From a virus (Duplodnaviria; Caudoviricetes), in IMG/VR virus record IMGVR_UViG_3300044941_000051, positions 1 through 61,565 of that record: 61,565 nucleotides of DNA; one strand, 5' to 3'. The first letter of the stretch is position 1. The number at the start of each line of letters is the position of its first letter. Shown piece after piece: positions 19,165 to 28,738 of the stretch. Both the position numbers and the translations under genes were made by a program. The notes beneath the pieces are model-generated. The model ran no database searches. It saw nothing but the letters and a program-made list of their open reading frames with translations, and was not told the origin of the DNA.

Positions 19165-19805
19165 ACTATTCTGAGCTCTCCAGCCTGGTGCAGGATTATT
19201 GCGAGACGAGGGAAGCGACCTTCGTCGCAAATATCCCTGTGTTTGTGCGTCAGGCCGAGCAGCGTATCTACCGCGTTCTGGGTATGCCGGAGCTGCGGAA
19301 AGAAGTCACGTTGTCGACGACCTCTGGTGTGCCTATCCTGGACCGCCCGGCAGATTTTATTGCACCGATCTCGCTCGCCGTCGTTGGGGCCGGGGGCCTC
19401 CGTACGTTCTTGCTTGACAAGGATGTCAGCTTCGTTCGCGAAGCCTACCCCTCTGGTACGCTCGGTACACCCAAGTACTACGCCCAGCTTGACGGTCGCA
19501 GCACTGGTTCGCCTGGTCGCTTCATTTTGGGCCCTACACCGAACGCAGTCTATGACATTGAGGTGCAGTATGTGTACGACCCCGAGTCGATTGTCACCGC
19601 TGGGACAACCTGGCTGGGCGACATGGCGGAAACCGCGCTGTTGTATGGCACCATCGTCGAGGGCTATGTCTACCTGAAGGGCGAGAGCAGCGATATGGCA
19701 GCTCAATACAAAGCCCGCTATGAAGAAGCCTTGCAGATGCTTTCCGGGGTGGACGTTCGCTCTCGCCGCGACGACTATCGTGACGGTCAGGTCGGGAGAG
19801 GCTGA
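19161..19805 (+). CDS. Tail/adaptor structural protein
   Basis: MNYSEL...IPVFVRQAEQRIY, LLYGTIVEGYVYLKGE. Confidence 0.7.
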   Translation: MNYSELSSLVQDYCETREATFVANIPVFVRQAEQRIYRVLGMPELRKEVTLSTTSGVPILDRPADFIAPISLAVVGAGGLRTFLLDKDVSFVREAYPSGTLGTPKYYAQLDGRSTGSPGRFILGPTPNAVYDIEVQYVYDPESIVTAGTTWLGDMAETALLYGTIVEGYVYLKGESSDMAAQYKARYEEALQMLSGVDVRSRRDDYRDGQVGRG

Positions 19806-20233
19806 TGGCGTTTAGTGGGAACTGCCTGACGCTGTCGTTCAGGCTCGAGCTGCTTCAAGGCTACCACGACTTCGGTCCTGGCGGTAATCTTTTTCGTTTG
19901 GCGCTATACACGTCTGCGGCCACACTGAATGAAACAACCGAGACCTATTCTTCGGACAACGAGATCGCGGATACTGGCGACTACACCGCTGGGGGCGTCG
20001 TGTTAGCTCCTGTCGGTCCTGAACTTGTTGGCCATACGGCGGTAGTGGCCTTCAACGACGTTGCTATCACGGGCGGAGAGTTTGTTACCCGTGGAGCGCT
20101 TGTCTACAACGCTGATAACGGGCGCAGCGTAGCTGTGCTCGACTTTGGTGCGGATAAAATCTCTGCAGGGGGTGTTTTCGAGGTTCGCTTCGCGCCGACC
20201 GCGTCGCCCCTTGCGCTAATCCAGATCAGGTGA
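19805..20233 (+). CDS. Structural protein
   Basis: FRLALYTSAATL, RGALVYN, AVLDFGADK motifs. Confidence 0.7.
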   Translation: MAFSGNCLTLSFRLELLQGYHDFGPGGNLFRLALYTSAATLNETTETYSSDNEIADTGDYTAGGVVLAPVGPELVGHTAVVAFNDVAITGGEFVTRGALVYNADNGRSVAVLDFGADKISAGGVFEVRFAPTASPLALIQIR

Positions 20234-20237
20234 ACCC

Positions 20238-21572
20238 ATGCCCAGCACGTTTACGCCCAACACCGGGATCGAGAAGCCTGCGGACGGGGAACAAACCGGC
20301 CTCTGGGGGCAGACGGTCAACCGCAACTTCGACATCATCGACCGCGCTCTCAACGGCTCCGCGAATATTGCCCTCACGGGGACGACGCATACTCTGACGA
20401 CCAGCAATGGCCTGCTGTCCGACGGGCAGTTTGGGGTCATCAACTTCACCGGGACTTTGGCGTCGCCGAACACCGTGACTATCGCGCCAAACACGACGCG
20501 AAAAGTTTACTGGGTTCGAAACTCTACGAACCAAAACGTCATCCTGACCCAGGGTTCTGGCGGCAACGTCACTGTTCCGCCGACCGCTACCAAAGCCGTG
20601 TATACGACGGGGGGTGGGGCCGGTTCCGCTGTTATCGACCTGACTTCGGTGTTCTTCGGGAACGTTACAGGAAACCTTACGGGTAACGTCACGGGTAACG
20701 TCACGGGCAACGTCACGGGCAACGTCACGGGCAACGTCACGGGCAACGCCGCGACTCTGGCTACTCCGAGGGACATCAACGGCACGGCGTTTAACGGAAG
20801 CGCGAACATCACTACGTCCTTTTGGGGTACGGCGAGAAACCTCACCATCGGCAACACGGCGAAGTCGGTGGACGGTAGCGCGGCGGTCTCTTGGTCTTTG
20901 GCCGAGATCGGCGCCGTCCCTACCTCCAGGACCATCACCACGGGTACCGGGATCTCCGGGGGCGGCGACCTGTCCGCCAACCGGACATTCGCACTCGAGG
21001 GTCAGGCGCTGGCTCTCCACAATCTTGCTACAAACGGCATGATCGCGCGCACGGGCTCGGGCACAGTCGCTGCCCGGACCATAACCGGCGGCACGGGGAT
21101 CACCGTCACCAACGGCACCGGGGTGTCCGGCAACCCTACTATCAACGGGGATACGCTTACCCAAACGCAGGCGGAAGACTCTTCCAGCACGGTCTTCGGC
21201 CTTGTCAGTGGTCAGCGTCTGGCTCAGGCCGTGGTGGCGAACAGCGTGTTCCCGGCGCCACTCTACGAGAGCAGCCACGGAACCTGGTACAACACCCGCA
21301 TTACAGTAAATCACGGCCTCGGTAGGCACCCTCGACTCACGCGGTTCTACCTGCGGTGCACCACGGCCAACAATGGATACGCGGTTGGAGACCGACTTTT
21401 GCTTGGCGAAGGCTCCAGCTACAATGACGGCTGGCAGGGGCTACATTCATGGACGAGCACGACGCAGATCAGCGCCTATACACTAGCAGTAACGGCAGTC
21501 CAAAAAACGAACACGACGACATTTTCAATAAGTTCTAGCGCCAACTGGGCACTGGATATCCAGGCGTGGTAA
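20238..21572 (+). CDS. Tail fibre protein
   Basis: Thr/Gly-rich; (GNVT)n 12-bp repeats at about 20659-20745; ATLATPRDINGTAFNGSANI fibre repeat. Confidence 0.85.
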   Translation: MPSTFTPNTGIEKPADGEQTGLWGQTVNRNFDIIDRALNGSANIALTGTTHTLTTSNGLLSDGQFGVINFTGTLASPNTVTIAPNTTRKVYWVRNSTNQNVILTQGSGGNVTVPPTATKAVYTTGGGAGSAVIDLTSVFFGNVTGNLTGNVTGNVTGNVTGNVTGNVTGNAATLATPRDINGTAFNGSANITTSFWGTARNLTIGNTAKSVDGSAAVSWSLAEIGAVPTSRTITTGTGISGGGDLSANRTFALEGQALALHNLATNGMIARTGSGTVAARTITGGTGITVTNGTGVSGNPTINGDTLTQTQAEDSSSTVFGLVSGQRLAQAVVANSVFPAPLYESSHGTWYNTRITVNHGLGRHPRLTRFYLRCTTANNGYAVGDRLLLGEGSSYNDGWQGLHSWTSTTQISAYTLAVTAVQKTNTTTFSISSSANWALDIQAW

Positions 21573-21583
21573 GGGGGCTAGCT

Positions 21584-23449
21584 ATGCCGCTCACTAAACT
21601 CGCTTTCCGGCCAGGTTTCAACCGAGAGGTCACTTCGTACACCAACGAAGGTGGCTGGATTGACGGCGACAAGGTACGGTTTCGCGATGGGTTTCCCGAG
21701 ACTATCGGAGGCTGGGTTCGCCAATCCGAGTCGACTTTTCTCGGTCGCTGCCGTGCGCTGATCAACTGGTCCACGCTGAATGGCGTAAATATTATCGGAA
21801 TTGGTACCCACCTCAAGTACTACGTAGACAGATCCGGCGCTAAATACGACATCACACCACTGCGCCTGACGACTTCGGCTGGTGCAATCACTTTTGCCGC
21901 AACGAACGGCTCTACTACGCTGACCGTGACACACACCGCGCACGGAGCCAGGGCTGGCGATTTCGTTACGTTCTCCGGCGCGGCTTCTCTCGGAGGGGTA
22001 GTTACCGCCGGCGTACTGAACGCCGAGCACCAGATCGCAGAGGTTGTCGGCGCCAATAGTTATCTGATCGAACTTTCAACACCAGCCAACGCCAGCGACA
22101 CCGGTAACGGTGGCGCCTCTGTTGTCGGGCGCTACCAGATTTCTGTCGGCCTGCCGGTCACGTTCCGCGGCGATGGCTGGGGCGCTGGTCCTTGGGCCAG
22201 CAATGGTTGGGGCGACCCTGCGGACGTTTCGATTACCGGCGAACGCCTGCGCCTCTGGTCGCACACGACGTATGGTGAGGACCTGATCATCAACCCGCGG
22301 GGGGGTGGGCTTTACTACTGGGACTTCTCGGCGGGCTTTGCCAACAACCGCGCCGCACTGATTTCCGACATGGTGGGCGCGAGCCAGGTGCCCGCACAGT
22401 GTAACATTGTTCGGTTGTCCGAGCAGGACCGGCACGTGCTGGCTTTCGGTTGCACCCCGCTCGGGGGCGGCGCTTTGGATCCGCTGCTCATTCGCTTCTC
22501 TTCCCAAGAAAACTTTCTGCAGTGGAACCCTTCGCCAACGAATACGGCAGGCGACCTGCGCATCGGCTCCGGGAACCAGATCGTAGCCGTCGAGCAGACC
22601 AGTCAGCAGATGCTGGTGCTCACCGAGAGCTCGGCGCATACACTGCAGTTTGTCGGCCCTCCGTTCACCTTCGGTATCCGGGAGGTAGCCAGCGGGCTCT
22701 CTACTGCGGGCCCTAATTGCGCTGTGTCTGCTAACGGTGTCGTCTATTGGATGGGTCTGGGCGAGTTTTATCTTTACGATGGCACCGTCCGACAAATCCC
22801 CTGCTCTGTAAAGGAGTACGTGTTCGATAAAACCTTCGATACCGACCTTCGGGATATGGTCTACGCTGCGCACAACGCAGCGTTCTCCGAAGTGTGGTGG
22901 TTCTATCCCGACGCGGACTTTGGTGACTGCGCGCGGTACGTCGTGTACAATTATGAGCAGGGACTATGGTACTACGGCACTATGCAGCGGTCTGCCTGGA
23001 TTGACCGAGGGGTTTTGTCGAAGCCGCTGGCTGCTGGATTTGACGGATACCTCTATAGTCATGAAGTCGGTACATCTGATGGCTCGGAAAACCCGCCCGC
23101 CGGGATTTCTGCGTTTGTGCAGTCTTCCTTTATGGACTTGGGCGATGGCGATCAGTTCATGTTCGTCTCTCGTATGATCCCCGACCTCACTTTCAGGAAC
23201 AGTGGGAGCGGCGGTCCTGCCGCCGTGCTCACCCTCACGGCGCAGAACTTTCCTGGGGCCGGTGGCTTCGGGGATCAGCCGAGCTCTGTGCTACGGCAGG
23301 TCGAGGTGCCGGTTGAGCAGTTCACTGAACAGACGTTCGTGCGCATTCGCGGCCGCTCGATGGCGTTGCGGGTCGCGTCGGACACCGCCGAAACCGCTTG
23401 GCGGCTAGGGTCTCCGCGGGTTGAGGTCAGGACGGACGGCCGCAGATGA
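21584..23449 (+). CDS. Tail nozzle / DNA stabilisation protein (P22 gp10-like)
   Basis: About 620-aa beta-rich protein with WIDGDKVRFR, IRFSSQE, FSEVWWFYP, ending DGRR. Confidence 0.75.
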   Translation: MPLTKLAFRPGFNREVTSYTNEGGWIDGDKVRFRDGFPETIGGWVRQSESTFLGRCRALINWSTLNGVNIIGIGTHLKYYVDRSGAKYDITPLRLTTSAGAITFAATNGSTTLTVTHTAHGARAGDFVTFSGAASLGGVVTAGVLNAEHQIAEVVGANSYLIELSTPANASDTGNGGASVVGRYQISVGLPVTFRGDGWGAGPWASNGWGDPADVSITGERLRLWSHTTYGEDLIINPRGGGLYYWDFSAGFANNRAALISDMVGASQVPAQCNIVRLSEQDRHVLAFGCTPLGGGALDPLLIRFSSQENFLQWNPSPTNTAGDLRIGSGNQIVAVEQTSQQMLVLTESSAHTLQFVGPPFTFGIREVASGLSTAGPNCAVSANGVVYWMGLGEFYLYDGTVRQIPCSVKEYVFDKTFDTDLRDMVYAAHNAAFSEVWWFYPDADFGDCARYVVYNYEQGLWYYGTMQRSAWIDRGVLSKPLAAGFDGYLYSHEVGTSDGSENPPAGISAFVQSSFMDLGDGDQFMFVSRMIPDLTFRNSGSGGPAAVLTLTAQNFPGAGGFGDQPSSVLRQVEVPVEQFTEQTFVRIRGRSMALRVASDTAETAWRLGSPRVEVRTDGRR

Positions 23450-24402
23450 GAAGCAAGCTACCGATCCCTTTTTTCCCACAGCCGCCGGCGGAATACGACC
23501 GTGCGTATCTATCGCAGCTCACCCGGAACTTTGCCGTGTACGCGGAGCAGCTCCAGAGCGCAGCTCAGGGCGTGCTGCCCATCTCCGAAGGCGGCACGGG
23601 CGCCACGACCGCCGCGGACGCGCGGAGCAACCTGGGCTTGGGCACGGCGGCCACCGCGACCGTGACGACCAGCGCGACCGACAACACCGCCGGTCGGCTG
23701 CTGAAGGTGGCCGACAGCGCGAATCTTTTGTCCGCAAGCCCGTCGCGGCGCATGAACATCGGCGGCAGCGCCAATGCCATCACCCTGCAGACCGGCCCGT
23801 CTCCTGTTTTCACCGGCACCCCGCCCACGGGCCTGCAGCTGCGGTTCCGCGCGACGGCGGCCAATACCGGCGCGACTACCATCGCGCTGGACGGCGGCAC
23901 GCCCATCGCTTGCCGGACCGTCACCGGCGCGGCGCTGCCGGCGGGCTACATCCGCGCCGGCGCTGCGGGGACGGGGTATTTCGAGACGGTCGCGGTCTAC
24001 GACGGATCGCACTGGATCGTGCTGCCGTCGGTGGAGATTGCACCGGGCGGCACCGGACGCACCCTCGCCCTGACGGTGGACTCGGTCTCGACGACCTCGA
24101 ACACCTACGACACACAGGCCACCAGCGCCACGCTGGAGCCGGGGCTCTGGCATGTCTCGCTTCATGCAGGCGTATCCGGGACAGTGCCCGGCAGGGTGCG
24201 GGTCATCCGCACGGATACCTCTGCCACCTTGATGGAGATCGCGCCCGGCTTTGACGTGTTTACCCCCGCGCTCGGCAGATCGGCCTATATCGATCTGCCT
24301 GCCGCAACGACGGTCGAGCTCCAAACTTCACGCACGGCGACCAGCGGCACCGCCACCATCAGGACCATCCGCCTTGACGGGCGCTGGATCAGGGACCTTT
24401 GA
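23446..24402 (+). CDS. Second tail fibre / receptor-binding protein
   Basis: N-terminal anchor PQPPAEYD, then LPISEGGTGATTAADARSNLGLGTAAT fibre motif. Confidence 0.75.
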   Translation: MRSKLPIPFFPQPPAEYDRAYLSQLTRNFAVYAEQLQSAAQGVLPISEGGTGATTAADARSNLGLGTAATATVTTSATDNTAGRLLKVADSANLLSASPSRRMNIGGSANAITLQTGPSPVFTGTPPTGLQLRFRATAANTGATTIALDGGTPIACRTVTGAALPAGYIRAGAAGTGYFETVAVYDGSHWIVLPSVEIAPGGTGRTLALTVDSVSTTSNTYDTQATSATLEPGLWHVSLHAGVSGTVPGRVRVIRTDTSATLMEIAPGFDVFTPALGRSAYIDLPAATTVELQTSRTATSGTATIRTIRLDGRWIRDL

Positions 24403-24501
24403 CATGGACGACCTGCGCGACGCCATCGACGCGGGGCAGACGCCGGATATCGACACGGGATGGCCGGGCTGATAGACTAGGTGGAGTAGAGGAGACTCAC
24501 G

Positions 24502-25485
24502 ATGGGCTTTCTTGCTGCGCTCCCTGGGCTTGCCACGCTGTTTGGCGGCGGCGCCGCCGCCAGCACCGCCGCTGCGGCTACTGCAGCCAAGGCCGCCGCT
24601 TTGGGCGGCACGGCCGGGATGCTTGGCTCTGCGGTGCTACCCCAGGCCGCAGGCGCAGGCATCGCCGGGCTTCTCGGTAGTGGCGCCGGCGCCGGGGCGC
24701 TCGGGATGCTGAGTAACCCGCTTGTCGCGATGGGTATCGGCGCTCTCGCCCCTGCGCTCCTCGGTGGTCGTGAGAGGAATCAAGCTGCACCTGATATTCC
24801 TGAAGGAACGTCGGATCGTCGCGCGCTACCCGCCCCTCCGATGAATGTGGCCGGCATTACAGACCCGGTCGCAGCAAACGGCCTCTATCGTCCCGGGATC
24901 GACCCTGAACCGATGTACTTCCGTGGCAAGTACTACGCCCAGGGCGGGCTGCTCCGTAACCCCACTCCGCCGATCATGACGCGGCTTGGGCCCATCCACA
25001 TGCAGGAGGGCGGCATCGCTTCACTGGTGCACGCCAACGCCGCTCAGCGGCAGCAGGAGCAAGCGGGGCAGCAGCAGCTCGTGCTGGAGGCGGCCAAGGT
25101 AATCAGGGGTATGAGTGACGCCGACCCTCGCGTGGTGCTAGGTCGGTTCGTGGCCGCGTTCGGGCAGGAGGCACTGCTGGACTTGATCCAGCGAGTGGAG
25201 TCTGGGGAGATGGATCCGCTACTCCAGGGCGAGCCGCGTATGATTGAGGGTGCCGGGGATGGAATGTCCGACGAGGTGCCGGCTTCGATTGACGGCCAAC
25301 AGGAAGTTCGACTCAGTGACGGAGAGTTCGTGATCCCCGCTGATGTTGTCAGCGGGCTGGGCAACGGATCGTCGGATGCAGGCGCGCGACAGCTGCAACA
25401 GATGATGGCCCGGGTTCGCGCGGCGCGCACCGGTACGACCAAACAGGCGCCGGAGGTCGACCCGCGACGGACCATGCCGGTATGA
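24502..25485 (+). CDS. Internal virion / ejection protein
   Basis: Ala/Gly-rich N-terminus; GAGDGMSDEVPA..LSDGEFVIPADVV motif. Confidence 0.7.
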   Translation: MGFLAALPGLATLFGGGAAASTAAAATAAKAAALGGTAGMLGSAVLPQAAGAGIAGLLGSGAGAGALGMLSNPLVAMGIGALAPALLGGRERNQAAPDIPEGTSDRRALPAPPMNVAGITDPVAANGLYRPGIDPEPMYFRGKYYAQGGLLRNPTPPIMTRLGPIHMQEGGIASLVHANAAQRQQEQAGQQQLVLEAAKVIRGMSDADPRVVLGRFVAAFGQEALLDLIQRVESGEMDPLLQGEPRMIEGAGDGMSDEVPASIDGQQEVRLSDGEFVIPADVVSGLGNGSSDAGARQLQQMMARVRAARTGTTKQAPEVDPRRTMPV

Positions 25486-25961
25486 AGCACGAGCCCTATG
25501 TCATTACCCCAGTACCCCTCGAGTACCTACCCTCGACGTGGGCGGATATCGAGCGTGTACTAGCACCCGCGGTGAAGACCGCGGGTGGGCGTATTGGCAT
25601 GGATGACCTCTTCCTGGCCGCCGCTGATGGCAGTACCGTGGTCTGGCTCGTTTTAGAGGGTCTGGAGGTAGTCGCCGCCTTTACCACGCGGGTCGCCGAG
25701 TATCCGAAGAGCAAGACCCTGGTCATCGACTGGGTTGGGGGAAAGAAACTCTTCCGCTGGATCGACGCCGCTGTATCTGTTATAAAGGATCAGGCGCGAG
25801 CTAACGGCTGCCCTAGGATCGAGGGATACGGGCGTCCCGCCTGGACCCGTGCGCTCCAGCGGCACGGAGTTGTGCCCGAGTACGTGGCCTATCGAATGGA
25901 GATGAGCGGTGGGTATGGGTCGCAGCGGGCCGTCGAACACGACCCAGACCGTCATCAATGA
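25482..25961 (+). CDS. Putative GNAT-like virion-module protein
   Basis: ARANGCPRIEGYGRPAW motif; position among ejection genes. Confidence 0.55.
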   Translation: MKHEPYVITPVPLEYLPSTWADIERVLAPAVKTAGGRIGMDDLFLAAADGSTVVWLVLEGLEVVAAFTTRVAEYPKSKTLVIDWVGGKKLFRWIDAAVSVIKDQARANGCPRIEGYGRPAWTRALQRHGVVPEYVAYRMEMSGGYGSQRAVEHDPDRHQ

Positions 25962-26991
25962 GCTCCCGGCCTACGCCAGGCCGTATTTCGCGCGCAATCT
26001 GCAGCGGGCGGAGGGGGTCGTAAATCAGGCGTACACGCCCTATGGCAGCCAGCGGCTGGCGCAGTTCAACCCCGACATTCTGGCCGGGCACCAGAAGGTG
26101 CGAGATATTGCGCAGGCGGGCATCCCCGGGATGCAGCAGGCCATGGGGATTACGAGTGGGCTAGCGGCGCAAGCGCAGCAGCTGGCCGCTCGACCGAACT
26201 CCCAGTTCAGTGCGTACGACGGCTTTAATGCTTTCCAATTTGACCCCGCCAGGCAGTTCACCGGCGCGGAAGTCCAGCAGTACATGTCCCCGTACATGGA
26301 CGCCGTGGTGTCGCGCCAGCAGGACGACGCGTTTCGGCAATTCCAACGGCTGCAAGGTGCGCGTAACGCCAGTGCCATTGGGGCTGGGGCTTTCGGGGGC
26401 TCTCGCCAAGCGATCCAGGAAGGGCTCGCCGAAGAGAGCCTTATGCGGCAGCAGGGTGATATCTACGCTACCGGGCGGCAGCGCGCGTTCGAGAACGCCG
26501 CGCAGATGTTCCAGTCCGACCGCGCCGCGCAGATGACTACGGCCGAGCGGCAGGCGGCGGAGCTTGCCAGGGTGCAGAACGCCAAGGCCCAGGAACTCGC
26601 CCGTGTGCAGAGTTCTCGGGCGGATGAGGCGATGCGCCGAGACCAATTCGGTCTTGCCTCGCTCGGGTTCCAGGCAGACTCCGCACGGCAGCTCGCACAG
26701 CTCGGCGAGCAGGCCCGCGCAGGCGACATCCAGGCCGCACAACTGCTGGACCGTATCGGCATGCAGCGGATGGCCCAGCAGCAGGCGGGGCTGGACATTG
26801 CATACCAGGACTTCCTGCAGCAGCGGGCGTACCCGCAGCAGCAAGTGGCGTTCATGGCGGACCTGCTCCGCGGGCTACCCATTGCCGGGACTGGGACTAC
26901 ACAGACGCAGCGCCCCTCGAACCCTTTGCAGGAGCTGCTGGGGCTCGGGATCTCCGGTGTCGGGCTCTATAACGCTCTGAGGGTGACATGA
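25915..26991 (+). CDS. DNA ejection/transfer protein
   Basis: Gln/Ala-rich helical protein with YMSPY and AGAFGGSR motifs. Confidence 0.7.
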   Translation: MGRSGPSNTTQTVINELPAYARPYFARNLQRAEGVVNQAYTPYGSQRLAQFNPDILAGHQKVRDIAQAGIPGMQQAMGITSGLAAQAQQLAARPNSQFSAYDGFNAFQFDPARQFTGAEVQQYMSPYMDAVVSRQQDDAFRQFQRLQGARNASAIGAGAFGGSRQAIQEGLAEESLMRQQGDIYATGRQRAFENAAQMFQSDRAAQMTTAERQAAELARVQNAKAQELARVQSSRADEAMRRDQFGLASLGFQADSARQLAQLGEQARAGDIQAAQLLDRIGMQRMAQQQAGLDIAYQDFLQQRAYPQQQVAFMADLLRGLPIAGTGTTQTQRPSNPLQELLGLGISGVGLYNALRVT

Positions 26992-28727
26992 ACCTGGTAG
27001 AACTTCAGGAGCGACTGAAAGACTTCTCCCAAGGGCAGCTCGTCGCGGAGATGCAGCAGCCGAGTGGGAGAGTACCTGAATACCTTATTCTCAGTGAACT
27101 CAGTCGGCGGCAGCGTATTAAGGCGCAGCAGCAGATGGACGAGGCCAAGGGCGACGAGCCCACGGTGGCTCAGAACCTGATTTCGGCGGCTGGCCTGCCT
27201 GCCCTGTTTGCCGGGCAGATGGGGCGGGCCATGGCGCCCCACACGAATATGCAAGACAACGCCGGTGCGAGTGGTGCACCCATGCGGCGGGCGCAACCCC
27301 CGACGTCCGAAGGCCCGACCATGATGCGCTCGGGGGGTATCGTTGCACTGCAGTCGGGTGGTCCGGTGCGCATGCGCCCGGGACAGGCGTTCGTTCGCAA
27401 CGGCATTCAGTATATAACGAACGACCGGGGGGAGCTGATCCCGTGGGGGTACGCACCATCGGCTGACGAGCCCACTGATTGGCGCCCGCAGGGCGCCAAC
27501 ATGGGTATGGGTAGCAGGCAACTGCCCAGCGGTGAGTTCATGCTCGACCGTCAGGATCTGTTCCCTATCCACCGCAATCTGCGTGCCGGTGCTACAGACA
27601 CAGCCCCAGACCTTTCTCGCCGGGCAGGGCTGGCGGCGCTGATCATGCCGGCAGGGCTCCCGGCGCTGCCAGACCAAGGCGCCGCTGGCTCTGGTATCCC
27701 GCTGCAGGGGCGGGACGCGCCTGTTGCTGAAGTCATGGCTGCGCGCCCCGAGGACGCCTACGAGATGCCCGGCTCTGCGGTCGCCACCTCCTCCACCCCC
27801 GCTGCCCCCGGCATGCGGCGTGGTAGGGTTCGCCCCGGACCTAACCCCAACGCCACCCCGCTTACGCTCGCAGACCTCCTTGGCGGCCCGGCTATACCCA
27901 ATGCTCCGCGCCGTGGGCGCAACCAACGCCCCGAAGCTCCTCTCGCTCCTCCCCCCGCTGCCGAACAAGCGGCCGCGGAAGAAGCCGCCATTGCCGAGGC
28001 TGCGGCTGCGCCTCCTGCTGTTCCCGGCGCCCCCGCTGCCCCCGCTGCCCCCGCTGCCCCCGCTGCCCCCGCTGCCCCCGCTGCCCCCGCTGCGGGCATC
28101 CCGGCGCTGCTCGGCGGCGTTCCCGGCGCTTCCGGCGTTCCCGGCGCTTCCGGCGCTCCCGGCGTTCCCGGCGCTGCCCCCGGCGCGGGTACGTTCGAGG
28201 AGTTCATTCAGCAGCGGATGCAGCAGGCCGAAGCGGATCGGCGCCGTGATCGGTGGCTTGCACTGGCCCAGTTCGGCCTGCAACTCATGGCGTCGGAGCG
28301 TCCGACCATCGGGCAGGCTATCGGCGAAGCCGGGGCTCCTGCGCTCGCGTCGCTGCGCCAGAGCTACAGCGACTACAACAACACCATGATGCAGCTCTAC
28401 TCGATCCGAGAGCAGCTTGCGCAGGCCCGCGAGCAGGCGGCACTGCGCCGTGCTGCTGCAGGCCGCGCCGGTGCTTCGGGGGCGCCCACCGGTTTGCGCC
28501 CCCAAGACCATATTCGACTGCTTCAGATGGAACTCAACTCCGCGCAACAGGACATGGAGCGACTGCGTCCGCTGCCCGGCCAGCCGCCCGCTCCGGCGGA
28601 TGACCGAGCCTATCTTGATGCCCAGCGTCGGCATGCCATGCTGATGGAGGAGATCCGACGACTGCGCGGCATGGGGATGGTCGCGAGCGCAGATGATGAA
28701 GCCGGCATCGACGAGATGGGTAACTAG
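26988..28727 (+). CDS. Internal virion / ejection protein with Pro-Ala linker
   Basis: 579 aa; (PAA)n 9-bp repeats at about 28030-28090. Confidence 0.7.
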   Translation: MNLVELQERLKDFSQGQLVAEMQQPSGRVPEYLILSELSRRQRIKAQQQMDEAKGDEPTVAQNLISAAGLPALFAGQMGRAMAPHTNMQDNAGASGAPMRRAQPPTSEGPTMMRSGGIVALQSGGPVRMRPGQAFVRNGIQYITNDRGELIPWGYAPSADEPTDWRPQGANMGMGSRQLPSGEFMLDRQDLFPIHRNLRAGATDTAPDLSRRAGLAALIMPAGLPALPDQGAAGSGIPLQGRDAPVAEVMAARPEDAYEMPGSAVATSSTPAAPGMRRGRVRPGPNPNATPLTLADLLGGPAIPNAPRRGRNQRPEAPLAPPPAAEQAAAEEAAIAEAAAAPPAVPGAPAAPAAPAAPAAPAAPAAPAAGIPALLGGVPGASGVPGASGAPGVPGAAPGAGTFEEFIQQRMQQAEADRRRDRWLALAQFGLQLMASERPTIGQAIGEAGAPALASLRQSYSDYNNTMMQLYSIREQLAQAREQAALRRAAAGRAGASGAPTGLRPQDHIRLLQMELNSAQQDMERLRPLPGQPPAPADDRAYLDAQRRHAMLMEEIRRLRGMGMVASADDEAGIDEMGN

Positions 28728-28738
28728 GAGGTACGGAC

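Noticed and set aside
20238-24402. Diversity-generating retroelement acting on tail fibres
   Set aside because: No reverse transcriptase and no TR/VR pair differing at adenines seen
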